A DNA stretch of 64,000 nucleotides from assembly GCA_045545475.1 (NCBI GenBank), contig JAZQAZ010000018.1, forward strand, positions 45,375 through 109,374. Reading direction: 5' to 3'. Below are positions 29,645 to 39,447 of the stretch, in pieces. Source of the DNA: Clostridia bacterium (GTDB lineage: Bacteria; Bacillota; Clostridia; CAKSNL01; HGM11501). A program made the position numbers and the translations under genes. Numbering within the stretch: the stretch's first letter is position 1; every line of letters starts with the position of its first letter. Under the pieces are notes generated by a model. That model searched no databases. It worked only from the letters and a program-made list of their open reading frames with translations, and was not told the origin of the DNA.

Positions 29645-30301
29645 ATGACAACGATGTTTCACAAGGAGAAAAAATGTGCAGTTTGTGGCAGAGAAAAAAA
29701 TTATATACAGCTTGGGAGCAGCAACTCTTTTGGGCCATGCGATCTTGACTTACGTCCGCCTGAAATGATGAGAAGTACGATGCATACCTGGATTGAAGAA
29801 TGTCCGTTTTGCGGATATGTCATGGGAAATATTTCGTCTTTTCCGGAAAATGTTTCGGAAAAAAGCGTTCTTGAAAAATTCGTATATAGTAAAGCTTATC
29901 AAACTGCGGAAGGAACACATTTCAAATCAGAACTTGCTGAAAGGTTTTATAAAAGATACATTTTGGAAAGAGAGTTCGGAGAAATTTCCCGGTCTTTTGA
30001 TTCGTTGTTACGAGCAGCGTGGGCCTGTGATGATGCAGGGGATAAAGAAAATGCAGTGCACTGCAGGAAAGAGGCACTTAAATTTCTTGATATTATGATT
30101 TCAAAGGATGAAACTAATGAAAATTTAATCTTGCAAAAGGCCGATATACTGCGTCGAAGCGGAATGTTTGAAGAAGTAATAAAACAGTATGGCGACAAAA
30201 AGTTTTCCGGTGAGTTGCTTAAAAACATTGCCTCTTTTCAGGTTGAAAAATCAAAGCTGAAAGACGATAAATGTTATACAGTTAGAGATGTGAAAAAATA
30301 A
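29645..30301 (+). CDS. DUF2225-like protein (zinc ribbon plus TPR-like helices)
   Basis: CAVC..DLDLRP..ECPFCGY and LRAAWACDD. Confidence 0.75.
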   Translation: MTTMFHKEKKCAVCGREKNYIQLGSSNSFGPCDLDLRPPEMMRSTMHTWIEECPFCGYVMGNISSFPENVSEKSVLEKFVYSKAYQTAEGTHFKSELAERFYKRYILEREFGEISRSFDSLLRAAWACDDAGDKENAVHCRKEALKFLDIMISKDETNENLILQKADILRRSGMFEEVIKQYGDKKFSGELLKNIASFQVEKSKLKDDKCYTVRDVKK

Positions 30302-30322
30302 AACGATTTTAAGAGGTGCATT

Positions 30323-31267
30323 ATGAAATATTCTGAAAGCTTTGGGAAATTAAGTTCAAAAATACTTCTGGGAACAGCTTATTTCGGGGAAACCATATCT
30401 GAAAAGGATTCCTTTGAAATAATGGATAAATATTATTCTCTTGGCGGTCGCCATATAGATACGGCAAGACTTTATGCCGAGGGTGAATCTGAAAAAATTG
30501 TGGGAAAATGGCTTAAAGAAAGAAAATATGAAGATATCTTTTTATCAACCAAAGGAGGATTTCAAAGAACATCTGATCATCCGGTTTCAAGATTAAGCGA
30601 AGGAGAATTGAGATCTGACCTTGAAAAAAGCCTTGATGCCTTGAAAATTTCGCAAATTGAGTTTTACTGGCTTCACAGAGACGACGAAAGACTTAAGGCG
30701 AGTGAAATCATAACGACAATGAATAAATTTATAAAAGAGGGAAAAATTAAAAAATTCGGTGCATCAAATTGGAAGATAGATAGAATTGAAGAAGCTAACA
30801 GATATGCAAAGGATAATGGACTTGTCGGTTTTTCCGCAAGTCAAATTCGCTTCAGTCCAGCAATAATTGCACCAAGCGGAAATGCAGACAGAACATTGGT
30901 TGATATGGATAAGGAGAGCTTTTACTACTATGCTGAAAAAAATATGCCGGTTGCGGCATATGCCTCACAAGGGAAGGGATTTTTCTCTAAAATGGTATTG
31001 GCAGGGAAGGATGGCTTATCAGAAAAATCCAAAGAACGTTATCTTTGTGATGAAAACTTAAGACGTCTTGAACTGGTGAAAAAGCTTTCGGAAAAATACG
31101 GCATCAGTATTGCGTCTTGCGTCTGTGCAATTCTTTCGTCTGCAAAATCGGTGGATGTGTTCCCGATAATCGGCGGAAGTAAGGCATCGCAGATTGCTGA
31201 TTCAATGATGGGTGCAGATGTTACTTTTGAAGAAGCTGAAATTAAGGAAATTCTTGGATTCTGCTGA
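30323..31267 (+). CDS. Aldo/keto reductase
   Basis: IDTARLY, SEKIVGKW, STKGG, LHRDD, GASNW. Confidence 0.9.
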   Translation: MKYSESFGKLSSKILLGTAYFGETISEKDSFEIMDKYYSLGGRHIDTARLYAEGESEKIVGKWLKERKYEDIFLSTKGGFQRTSDHPVSRLSEGELRSDLEKSLDALKISQIEFYWLHRDDERLKASEIITTMNKFIKEGKIKKFGASNWKIDRIEEANRYAKDNGLVGFSASQIRFSPAIIAPSGNADRTLVDMDKESFYYYAEKNMPVAAYASQGKGFFSKMVLAGKDGLSEKSKERYLCDENLRRLELVKKLSEKYGISIASCVCAILSSAKSVDVFPIIGGSKASQIADSMMGADVTFEEAEIKEILGFC

Positions 31268-31283
31268 CAAAAGGAGAAATATT

Positions 31284-32474
31284 ATGAAGACACTAATTGA
31301 ACTTTTTGATGATTGTCAGACAAATAATGTGATTGCGGCAACAGCCTTAAAGCCCGAGAAAGTGGTATATATCGGCTTTAAGGAGAGTATGACCAATGAT
31401 CGCATAACATATCTTGAAAAGTTTTTCAAAAATAAAGGTATAGATATAAGCCTTGAATTTGAGATAGTCGGAAGATTCAGCATTGAGGCGGTGGAAGAAA
31501 GACTTTCCTCTGTTATAGCAAGATACCCCGACTCCTTTATAGACATAACTGGTGGGAGAGAGCTTTTGTTGACTGCGGCAGGAAAGGCATCTTACGGAAA
31601 AAATATTCCTATAATACAGTATGATCCCGATTCGGGAAAGCTTAAATCCCTTGAAAACGGCAAGGAGATTTCTGAGGCAGCGGATCCGGATATCACAATA
31701 AAGGATATCATAGGGCTTAACGGGGGAGCTGTGCTTCCTGATGCGTCATGGGTGCTTGATTCGGATTTTTGTGAAGATATAAAAAACGTATGGGAGCTGT
31801 GCAGGGAAAACTGCGGCTTATGGAACAGACAAGCGACGGCTTTGGGAAATTTCGAGAAGTACGGCAAGCTTGATTACTTTTTCAGGGTAAGTACAGATCT
31901 TTACGATATAAGAAAAAGAAAAAAAGATGCATTTATCTGCGAAGAGCTGATAGAAAAGCTGAAAGAAAAAAATCTCATTTACGGGTATGAGAAAAACGGA
32001 GACTATGTGTCGTTCTTTTACAAAAACGACAGCGTACGCCGTCTTATAACAAAGTCCGGAAATGCACTTGAGCTTTACGGATATATGACAATAAAGAAAA
32101 TTATGGCGGAGAATGAAAAATTTGCAGATGATTGTGATGTCGGCGTTTTTGTTGACTGGGACGGCAAAGACATTCCCGGAGCCGAAACGACAAACGAAAT
32201 TGACATTGTTATTGTAAAGGATTTCGTTCCTGTTTTCATATCCTGTAAAAACGGTGAGGTTTATAAAGAGGCACTTTATGAGCTTGATACCATGGCAAGA
32301 AGATTCGGCGGAGAATATGCAAAAAAAGTTATGTTTGCAAGCTATGTCTCAACAGAGGAGGATAAGAAGGAATACATAAAAAAGCGTGCTTCTGATATGG
32401 GAATAACTCTGATTTGTGGCATAGATAAAATGACAGAGCAAAAATTCAGGGAAGAAATTATGAAACTTATATGA
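31284..32474 (+). CDS. DUF1887 / Card1-Can2-like CARF-domain restriction-endonuclease-fold protein
   Basis: N-terminal CARF-like pattern (KPEKVVYIG..IDITGG); C-terminal SGNALELY..NEIDIV..FISCKNG; RBS-supported ATG at 31284. Confidence 0.78.
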   Translation: MKTLIELFDDCQTNNVIAATALKPEKVVYIGFKESMTNDRITYLEKFFKNKGIDISLEFEIVGRFSIEAVEERLSSVIARYPDSFIDITGGRELLLTAAGKASYGKNIPIIQYDPDSGKLKSLENGKEISEAADPDITIKDIIGLNGGAVLPDASWVLDSDFCEDIKNVWELCRENCGLWNRQATALGNFEKYGKLDYFFRVSTDLYDIRKRKKDAFICEELIEKLKEKNLIYGYEKNGDYVSFFYKNDSVRRLITKSGNALELYGYMTIKKIMAENEKFADDCDVGVFVDWDGKDIPGAETTNEIDIVIVKDFVPVFISCKNGEVYKEALYELDTMARRFGGEYAKKVMFASYVSTEEDKKEYIKKRASDMGITLICGIDKMTEQKFREEIMKLI

Positions 32475-32522
32475 TATAACGGTCGCCCATGCGACCGTTA
32501 TTAATTTTTTTAAAAAAAGGTA

Positions 32523-32562
32523 TTGACAAACTGTGCTAACTGTATTAATATAGATAGTACAG
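32523..32562 (+). promoter_or_regulatory. Promoter with a YtrA/GntR-type palindromic operator
   Basis: TTGACA -35; imperfect palindrome CTGTATTA..TAGTACAG (32540-32562) just before the GntR RBS. Confidence 0.6.
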
Positions 32563-32575
32563 AGGAGGTGATAGA

Positions 32576-32941
32576 GTGATAAAGCTGGATATGAGGGACT
32601 CCCGTCCGATTTACGAACAGATAAAAGAGGAAATGAAAAAGCTTATAATAAAAGGGGCGTTGAAGGCGGAGGAGAAAATTCCGTCGGTAAGGCTTTTAGC
32701 GTCAAGCTTGTCCATTAATCCCAATACGATACAGCATGCATACAGAGAACTTGAGGCAGAGGGATATATCTATTCACGTAAGGCAACGGGATATTTTGTT
32801 GCACCGATTACTGATAATGTTACAGGTGAAAAGAAAGATAAGCTTCTTACGGAAATGAAAGATATACTTAAAGAACTTAAATACTTAAATACTGACAAAA
32901 AAGACATAAATTCACTTATTGATAAAGTGTTTGATGATTAA
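32576..32941 (+). CDS. GntR (YtrA-subfamily) regulator
   Basis: PIYEQI..IPSVR..INPNTIQHAY. Confidence 0.92.
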   Translation: MIKLDMRDSRPIYEQIKEEMKKLIIKGALKAEEKIPSVRLLASSLSINPNTIQHAYRELEAEGYIYSRKATGYFVAPITDNVTGEKKDKLLTEMKDILKELKYLNTDKKDINSLIDKVFDD

Positions 32942-32957
32942 AGAAAGGATGGTAATA

Positions 32958-33854
32958 ATGATTAAAGCTTGTGGCGTAACAAAAAAGTTTGGAGATTTTA
33001 CGGCACTTGACTCTGTTAATCTTTGTGCAGGAAAAGGTTCAGTTTACGGACTTGTCGGACCAAACGGTGCAGGAAAGACAACGTTCATCAAGTGCCTTAT
33101 GGGAATATATAAAGCTGACGGCGGAGAGATAATGGTTGACGAAAAGCACGTCATGGAAAATGATATAAAGCAGAAGATGGTTTACATAGGCGATGATTTG
33201 TACTTTTTCCCCGGGTATACAATTCTGGATATGGCAAAATATTATGCCGGAATATATGAAAATTTCAGTTGGGATGAGTATGAACGCATAAAGGATGTTT
33301 TCGGACTTGACGAAAAAGCAAAGCTTAAAAAGCTTTCCAAAGGAATGAAAAAGCAGGCTGCTTTCTGGATAGGAATATCTTGCTGTCCTGAGTGTCTCAT
33401 TCTTGATGAGCCTGTGGACGGCCTTGATCCGGTAATGAGAAAAGCCATGTGGAGCGTGGTGCTTGAAAAAGTCGCAGAGGGAAACCTTACGGTTTTGGTT
33501 TCGAGCCACAATTTGAGAGAGCTTGAGGATGTGTGCGACCACGTTGGTATTATGCACGAAGGTAAAGTGGTTATCGAAAAGTCCTTAGACGATGTTAAGG
33601 GAAATATTCATAAACTTCAGATTGCCTTTGATGGCGAAATTCCGGATGGATTGAAAGCAGAAATTCCTGTGCTTAAAGAAAGTAAAATGGGAAGTGTAAG
33701 TCTTCTGATTGTAAGAGGAACGGCTGAGGAAATAAAGGAGAAGGCCGAAAAGTACAATCCGGTTATTATGGACATTCTGCCCCTTACGCTGGAAGAAGTA
33801 TTTATTTATGAACTGGGAGGTATGGGCTATGTTGTCAAAAATGTCATTTCTTAA
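32958..33854 (+). CDS. ABC transporter ATP-binding protein
   Basis: GPNGAGKTT, LSKGMK, LDEP. Confidence 0.92.
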   Translation: MIKACGVTKKFGDFTALDSVNLCAGKGSVYGLVGPNGAGKTTFIKCLMGIYKADGGEIMVDEKHVMENDIKQKMVYIGDDLYFFPGYTILDMAKYYAGIYENFSWDEYERIKDVFGLDEKAKLKKLSKGMKKQAAFWIGISCCPECLILDEPVDGLDPVMRKAMWSVVLEKVAEGNLTVLVSSHNLRELEDVCDHVGIMHEGKVVIEKSLDDVKGNIHKLQIAFDGEIPDGLKAEIPVLKESKMGSVSLLIVRGTAEEIKEKAEKYNPVIMDILPLTLEEVFIYELGGMGYVVKNVIS

Positions 33855-35868
33855 TAAAAGCATCATAAAAAGCGACTTAAAGCGCTTCTGGTATCTTGCG
33901 GCACTTAATTCCCTTATAACCTTCTTTCTCGGCACATTTATGATAATGGACCGCTATATGTGGGGCGATTATTATTACGGTGCTGCATTCGGAATCCCGA
34001 ATGACTATTATATAGCAATGTTTGTGGGAATGGCGTTCAGCCTGCTTACAACAGTTGCGGTCTTCTCATATCTTAATAAGTCGGAGCAGACGGCATTTGC
34101 CCATGCATTTCCCAATACAAGAAAGAAGCAGTATATTTCGCATCTCATCTCGACATTTATACTGTGTGCATCATCAGGTATCATAAATACAATTATGATT
34201 CTGATATACCGCTTTAATGACAATGTGGCAAAAAGTGTTTCTCCTGTTGTTGCATTTAAGTTTCTTGCGATATACATAACATATTCTGCTCTTATAATAG
34301 CACTTACTGCATTTACCCAGATGCTGACGGGTTCAAGCGTTGCCTGCACCGTACTTACTCTTTGCTTCGCTGCAATTCCCGCAGCGCTTGAAGGGTTTAT
34401 AAAAGGTTTCTGCGAAGCTCACGTTTACGGCTTTGAGGCAGATAATGAATTTTTCACAGCAGATGTATTTTACCTTTCAATGGGAAAAATTCTTTCGTGG
34501 CAGGCTCTTATTTATCTGGCGTTAATCGCTGTGCTTTTAATCGCAGGATATTTCCTTTATAAAATAAGACGGCTTGAATGCTACGGAGAAGTTTGTGCCT
34601 TTACGGAAACAAGACCTGTGTTTATTTACACAGTGGCACTCTTTACGGGAATGGCAAGCTATCTTTACTTCGGAAGCTTTTACGATCCCAATATTTTCTT
34701 CCTTTTACCCTTTGGTATAATCGGTATAATAATTGCCTATATGCTGTCAAGAAAGAGCCTTAACATAAAAGGCGTTCATAAGCCGATACTTATTTATGCT
34801 CTCTTTGTACTTTTGTTGTTTGCGGGAGTAAAGTTTGATATAACAGGCTATGAGAAAAGAGTTCCCGATGCCGGAAGTGTTGAATATGTGCTCCTTCCCG
34901 GAAGAACAGACTATGAGGCAGAAGGATTTTATGCAAGGCTTTCAGAAAATGATTTAGATCACTATTATTTCCGCTATGCTGAGCCCTTTGACGGAAAAAT
35001 TACCGATTTTGCCGAAATTGAAAATATCGTAAAGCTTCATTCTCACCTTATTGAAGACAGAAGAGATAGCGGTAGGTTTATCCGCCTTTCCTACAAAATG
35101 AAAAACGGAAGCACCATAAACCGTCGTTACAGAGTGGATGCATATGAAGATATTGATTACTTAAAGCCCATATACAATTCTGAAAAGTACCGCGGAATGA
35201 TGTTTGAAATTGCAAACGGTCAGGAAAGGAAAATAAAAATTGTTGACCTTTATGATGAAAGGGTAGGAAAGCTTTTTGGTTATTCAGATGCTGCGGCAAT
35301 AAAAGTTGCCGATGCTTTAATTAAAGACCTGAAGGAAATGCCCTATGAAGAAATTGGCGGAATATTTAATCATCAGAATGTAGGTCTTACAACACTTACA
35401 GTTGCATTTGAGGTTGATGGAAAATACGATAATGCTGAGCTTAAAGGGACGACGGCATTAAGAGAACTTCAGTATACAATTACGCCTAAATATAAAAATA
35501 CCGTGGCAGCTTTAGAGGAACTCGGATTCTATGAAATTCTTCCAAAGGCTGAGGATGTATTGGAAATCGGAGTTAATATCAATAAGCTTTACTATGCAAA
35601 CAGCGATTATATCGAAGAAAGATATACCCCTCGTGTGACAAGCGAATATACCGGAGGCGGAGAATATGCTTATTCGATAACAAAGCTTAATGAGATTAAA
35701 GAAATATATTCTTTTCTTGATGAAGATATCATAATATATCCTGATGAGAATCCGGGATATAATGCTGAGGTATATATGACTATGAATAACGGAAGAAAAG
35801 TATATTTCCGCATAGAATGTCACGAAAAATACTGGCCCGAGCCCATAAGAAATCTTATATCCGAGTAA
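33829..35868 (+). CDS. ABC transporter permease with large C-terminal soluble domain (DUF6449-like)
   Basis: Multi-TM N-half with HAFPNTR and FDITGYEKRVP; overlaps the ATPase gene. Confidence 0.8.
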   Translation: MLSKMSFLNKSIIKSDLKRFWYLAALNSLITFFLGTFMIMDRYMWGDYYYGAAFGIPNDYYIAMFVGMAFSLLTTVAVFSYLNKSEQTAFAHAFPNTRKKQYISHLISTFILCASSGIINTIMILIYRFNDNVAKSVSPVVAFKFLAIYITYSALIIALTAFTQMLTGSSVACTVLTLCFAAIPAALEGFIKGFCEAHVYGFEADNEFFTADVFYLSMGKILSWQALIYLALIAVLLIAGYFLYKIRRLECYGEVCAFTETRPVFIYTVALFTGMASYLYFGSFYDPNIFFLLPFGIIGIIIAYMLSRKSLNIKGVHKPILIYALFVLLLFAGVKFDITGYEKRVPDAGSVEYVLLPGRTDYEAEGFYARLSENDLDHYYFRYAEPFDGKITDFAEIENIVKLHSHLIEDRRDSGRFIRLSYKMKNGSTINRRYRVDAYEDIDYLKPIYNSEKYRGMMFEIANGQERKIKIVDLYDERVGKLFGYSDAAAIKVADALIKDLKEMPYEEIGGIFNHQNVGLTTLTVAFEVDGKYDNAELKGTTALRELQYTITPKYKNTVAALEELGFYEILPKAEDVLEIGVNINKLYYANSDYIEERYTPRVTSEYTGGGEYAYSITKLNEIKEIYSFLDEDIIIYPDENPGYNAEVYMTMNNGRKVYFRIECHEKYWPEPIRNLISE

Positions 35869-35923
35869 TAAAAATATAGCCTCCCGCATATAGTATACCA
35901 GTACTAATGTGGGAGGTATTTTA

Positions 35924-36538
35924 ATGTCAAACGAAAATAACAGCGTAACACTTAAGGGAACTATTGTTGAACCGCCTTCCTTAAGTCACAGAGTGTATGG
36001 AGAAGGGTTTTACAATACGGTAATCGCAGTGCCGAGACTATCGGGATCCTGCGACTTGCTTCCGGTAACTGTGTCTGAGAGACTGCTTCCGCTTTTCTGC
36101 GATATTATGGGAAAAAGCTATTACATAACGGGGCAATTTCGTTCGTATAACAACTATTCGGAGGAGGGAAGCAAACTGAAACTTACGGTTTTTGCAAAAA
36201 CCTTTGAGGAAACCGATGAAGATGATTCGGAAGAACCGAATGACATTTTCCTTGACGGATATTTATGTAAGACTCCGACTTTCAGGGAAACGCCCTTCGG
36301 AAGAGAAATCGCCGATATGCTCCTTGCGGTAAACCGTGCTTATGGAAAATCAGACTATATTCCGATTATTGCATGGAGCAGAAATGCTCGTTTCTGTGCA
36401 ACTCTTCCAATAGGGACACACCTTAAAATTTACGGAAGAATACAGTCAAGGGAATATCAGAAAAAAATTGAAGATGAAATAATAACCAAAACTGCATACG
36501 AGGTATCTGTATCAAAACTTGAAGTAGTGGAAGAATAA
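35924..36538 (+). CDS. Tandem-OB-fold single-stranded DNA-binding protein (clostridial paralog)
   Basis: Two OB repeats (V.RLSG..D.LPVTVSE; RETPFGREIADMLLAVNR..KSDYIP..GRIQSREY). Confidence 0.88.
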   Translation: MSNENNSVTLKGTIVEPPSLSHRVYGEGFYNTVIAVPRLSGSCDLLPVTVSERLLPLFCDIMGKSYYITGQFRSYNNYSEEGSKLKLTVFAKTFEETDEDDSEEPNDIFLDGYLCKTPTFRETPFGREIADMLLAVNRAYGKSDYIPIIAWSRNARFCATLPIGTHLKIYGRIQSREYQKKIEDEIITKTAYEVSVSKLEVVEE

Positions 36539-36572
36539 AAAAGCGGGCTGTAATTTACAGCCCGCTTTTTTT
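36538..36572. terminator. Bidirectional terminator
   Basis: AAGCGGGCTGTAA/TTACAGCCCGCTT plus T-run. Confidence 0.85.
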
Positions 36573-36583
36573 ACATCTCCTTT

Positions 36584-36724
36584 TTATGACGGGGGAAGCT
36601 GTTCGGGTGTCGTGCCTATTTTAGGAGTAGCAGTTCCTTCGTTGGTATAATCTTTGCCTCTTGCAATTTTATTAAGCGGCGGAGTTCTTCTTCCGTTTTT
36701 TTCATTCTTTTTCTTTTTAGCCAT
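36584..36724 (-). CDS. 46-aa basic small protein MAKKKKNEKNGRRTPPLNKIARGKDYTNEGTATPKIGTTPEQLPPS, probable small spore protein
   Basis: RBS GAAAGGAGA; forespore-type -10 GGGCATGCTA upstream; divergent from the gerA operon; not in the ORF track. Confidence 0.65.
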   Translation of the reverse strand: MAKKKKNEKNGRRTPPLNKIARGKDYTNEGTATPKIGTTPEQLPPS

Positions 36725-36823
36725 ATTAATTCTCCTTTCTGTTTTAGCATGCCCATTTCGGAAAAGCCTATTAAGTATAATTTTATAAATTTTGGAAAAG
36801 ATAGGGTAAAAGGAATGATTTTT

Positions 36824-38401
36824 ATGCTTAAAAAGCTTTTTACATTTACTCCTCCGCAGGAAAAAAATGAATTCAAAATAACAAAATCCCTACCTGAAGT
36901 GAAAAAAGAAAAAAATGAGAAAGTTTCCTTATATCTTTGGGAAAATAAAGATTATCTTGATGAAGCGTTTAAAAGGGAAACCTCCTATGATATAAAGATA
37001 CGGGAATTTAAGATTAAGCTTGGGAAAAAGAAGGTTTCTTCTTTTATTTATTATATAGACGGGCTTGTATCAAATCAAAGTGTAAACGATACAATTCTGA
37101 TGCCGTTGATGGTAGAATCCGAAAAGTTAAAAGAAAGCGGATTTGACGGAGTGGCAGATGTTCTTCTTACGCAAAATCAGGTGAAAATTTCAGATAAAAT
37201 GAAGGATGTTACAGAAGAAATCTGTTATGGAAGCTGTGCACTTTTTATTGACGGATACGACAGGGCTATTCTTCCTCAGGTAATCGGATGGGAGAGAAGA
37301 GGCGTTGAAGAGCCATCGGGCGAGCCGGCGATATTGGGAAGCCGTCAGGCATTCAATGAAACTCTTAAAACAAATACCTCCATGGTAAGAAAAATGATTC
37401 GCTCGGAAAATCTTATAATTGAAAATATACTGGTTGGAAAAGCGGGAAAGTGCAGCTGTGCCGTTTTATATATGGGCAACATTACAAATAATTCCTTGGT
37501 GAATGAGGTGCGAAAAAAGATTTCATCCCTGGCCGTAGATCATATAATAAGTGCACCTGAGCTTATGCAGTTTATAGAAAATGACAGCTTTATTACACTT
37601 CCTCAGGTGCTTTTAACAGAACGTGCGGACAGATGTGTCAAGGCAATTATGTCGGGGCGTGTGGCAATTTTTGTGGACAATTCGCCTCTTTGTCTCATTG
37701 TACCGGTAACAGCCTTTGAACTTCTGGAATCTGCAGAAGATATATACCTTCGCCCGCCTTTTGCAGTCCTCGTAAAGGCTGTTCGCTTTTTGGGAATATT
37801 TCTCTCTGTGTATTTACCCGGAATATACATTGCCGCCATAACTTATCATACAACCATTTTCCCGACAGGGATGCTTACTACCATTATGAAGGCATCCAGA
37901 AAAGTTCCTTTTGACTCTGTAACCGAGCTTATAATAATGGTTATCGCCTTTGAAATAGTTAGAGAGGCAAGTGCCAGAGTGCCGGGATTTTTAGGACAGA
38001 GTCTTGGCATAATCGGACCCCTTGTTTTAGGACAAGCGGCGATAAGTGCAAATATTGTTAGTCCCGTTATGATAATTGTTTTTTCCATTGCCACAATCGG
38101 ATCATTTGCAACCCCGAATTTTTCAATGGCACTGTCAGGAAGAGTGCTTAATATTATCTATATAATTCTGGGGAGTATGGGAGGGTTTTTGGGAATCGCT
38201 GCAGGATTTTTCTGCCAGGTTATGCTGTGGCATGAAACAAAATCCTTTGGCGTAAATATGATTTCGCCATTTTCTGACGGAAATGTTATTCCCGAATCAT
38301 TTAAAATTCTTCCCATCTGGAAGCATGAAAAAAGAGACGCTTACCTTAAGACTAAACGAGAACGAGAACAGAAGCACATAAGCAGACTTTGGAAGAGGTG
38401 A
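36824..38401 (+). CDS. Spore germination receptor A subunit (GerA family)
   Basis: RGVEEP..E..ILGSRQAFNE, TERAD, REASARVP, IIGPLVLGQAA. Confidence 0.9.
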   Translation: MLKKLFTFTPPQEKNEFKITKSLPEVKKEKNEKVSLYLWENKDYLDEAFKRETSYDIKIREFKIKLGKKKVSSFIYYIDGLVSNQSVNDTILMPLMVESEKLKESGFDGVADVLLTQNQVKISDKMKDVTEEICYGSCALFIDGYDRAILPQVIGWERRGVEEPSGEPAILGSRQAFNETLKTNTSMVRKMIRSENLIIENILVGKAGKCSCAVLYMGNITNNSLVNEVRKKISSLAVDHIISAPELMQFIENDSFITLPQVLLTERADRCVKAIMSGRVAIFVDNSPLCLIVPVTAFELLESAEDIYLRPPFAVLVKAVRFLGIFLSVYLPGIYIAAITYHTTIFPTGMLTTIMKASRKVPFDSVTELIIMVIAFEIVREASARVPGFLGQSLGIIGPLVLGQAAISANIVSPVMIIVFSIATIGSFATPNFSMALSGRVLNIIYIILGSMGGFLGIAAGFFCQVMLWHETKSFGVNMISPFSDGNVIPESFKILPIWKHEKRDAYLKTKREREQKHISRLWKR

Positions 38402-38406
38402 AATGC

Positions 38407-39447
38407 TTGAAAATTAAAAACAGAGAAGCAATATTTTCAACGGTTAATTTCGTGTCGGTAAAAATTTTCACGCTTTCGCTTCAAAGTATGACAAATATCA
38501 GCGGTAACGCTGTATGGCTGTTTTTCACGGTAAATACTCTGTTTAGTGCACTTATGTTTACGCTGATATATTTCTTTTATAAGAAAAGCGGATATAAGGA
38601 TATATTTTTATGTCTGCCGCCTTTTTTCAGAAAAGTCTTAGGGATAATTCTGGCAGGCTATTTTGTCGTTTCTTCCGCCCTGATGCTGGATGTTTTAATT
38701 AAAAGCGTTATAAAAACATTTATGCCATCTTCACCTACGCTATTTATAGCGGTGTTTTTTATTCCGGCGATTATTTATGCTGCAATGAAAGGGATAAAGA
38801 GCAATGTTTCCCTTGCGTTGATAATTGCCCCTGTTTTAAGCTTTGTAATAGTGGTATTTACAGTTCTTTTGCCATACAGTGATTTTACAAATTTATTTCC
38901 GATTCTGGGAAGTAATGATTTTTACCTTAAGGCTTTTTGGGGATTTAATTTCTTTTCGGATTTTTTAATATTTGTCTTAATGATGCCTTATCTTGAACAC
39001 AGGGAAAAGGCACTTAAAACAGGGCTTACGGCAATTTTTGTTACGGCCTTTTTATGCCTTTTGGTGATTTTTTCTTATGTCATAACGATACCTTCAAAGG
39101 TACGTTTCTTTTCACCTTTTTACTATATGGTAAGCTTTCTGGCGGGAAGTCGCAGCGCAGTAAATTTTGTTAAAATACTAAAGCTTTCTTTTCTTCTTAA
39201 TTTCTTTTTGTATTTTTCAACCGCTATAGCTTTCGGGGCGGAATGTCTGAAAAAAGGATTTTCCCTTAAATATGAAAAGGAAACGGTTCCGCTACTCGCA
39301 CTTTGCCTTCTTCTTATAACTGAAATCGGCTTTGGCAAAAATGTAATTACGGTTTATGATGAGTTTTTGAAATATTCTTTCATTTTATTTCCGGCCGCTT
39401 TTTTGTTTGTGTATATTTTTACAAAAAAGGAGGGAAAGCTTAAATGA
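38407..39447 (+). CDS. Spore germination receptor B subunit (GerAB family)
   Basis: Multi-TM protein with NLFPILG; lies between the GerA and GerC genes; start codon uncertain. Confidence 0.8.
   Translation: MKIKNREAIFSTVNFVSVKIFTLSLQSMTNISGNAVWLFFTVNTLFSALMFTLIYFFYKKSGYKDIFLCLPPFFRKVLGIILAGYFVVSSALMLDVLIKSVIKTFMPSSPTLFIAVFFIPAIIYAAMKGIKSNVSLALIIAPVLSFVIVVFTVLLPYSDFTNLFPILGSNDFYLKAFWGFNFFSDFLIFVLMMPYLEHREKALKTGLTAIFVTAFLCLLVIFSYVITIPSKVRFFSPFYYMVSFLAGSRSAVNFVKILKLSFLLNFFLYFSTAIAFGAECLKKGFSLKYEKETVPLLALCLLLITEIGFGKNVITVYDEFLKYSFILFPAAFLFVYIFTKKEGKLK

Noticed and set aside
31284-32474. CRISPR-Cas locus
   Set aside because: No repeat-spacer array or cas genes seen anywhere in the window.
36616-36876. 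86-aa minus-strand ORF from the track
   Set aside because: Overlaps gerA and lacks an RBS; the 46-aa ORF in another frame has the RBS and promoter.
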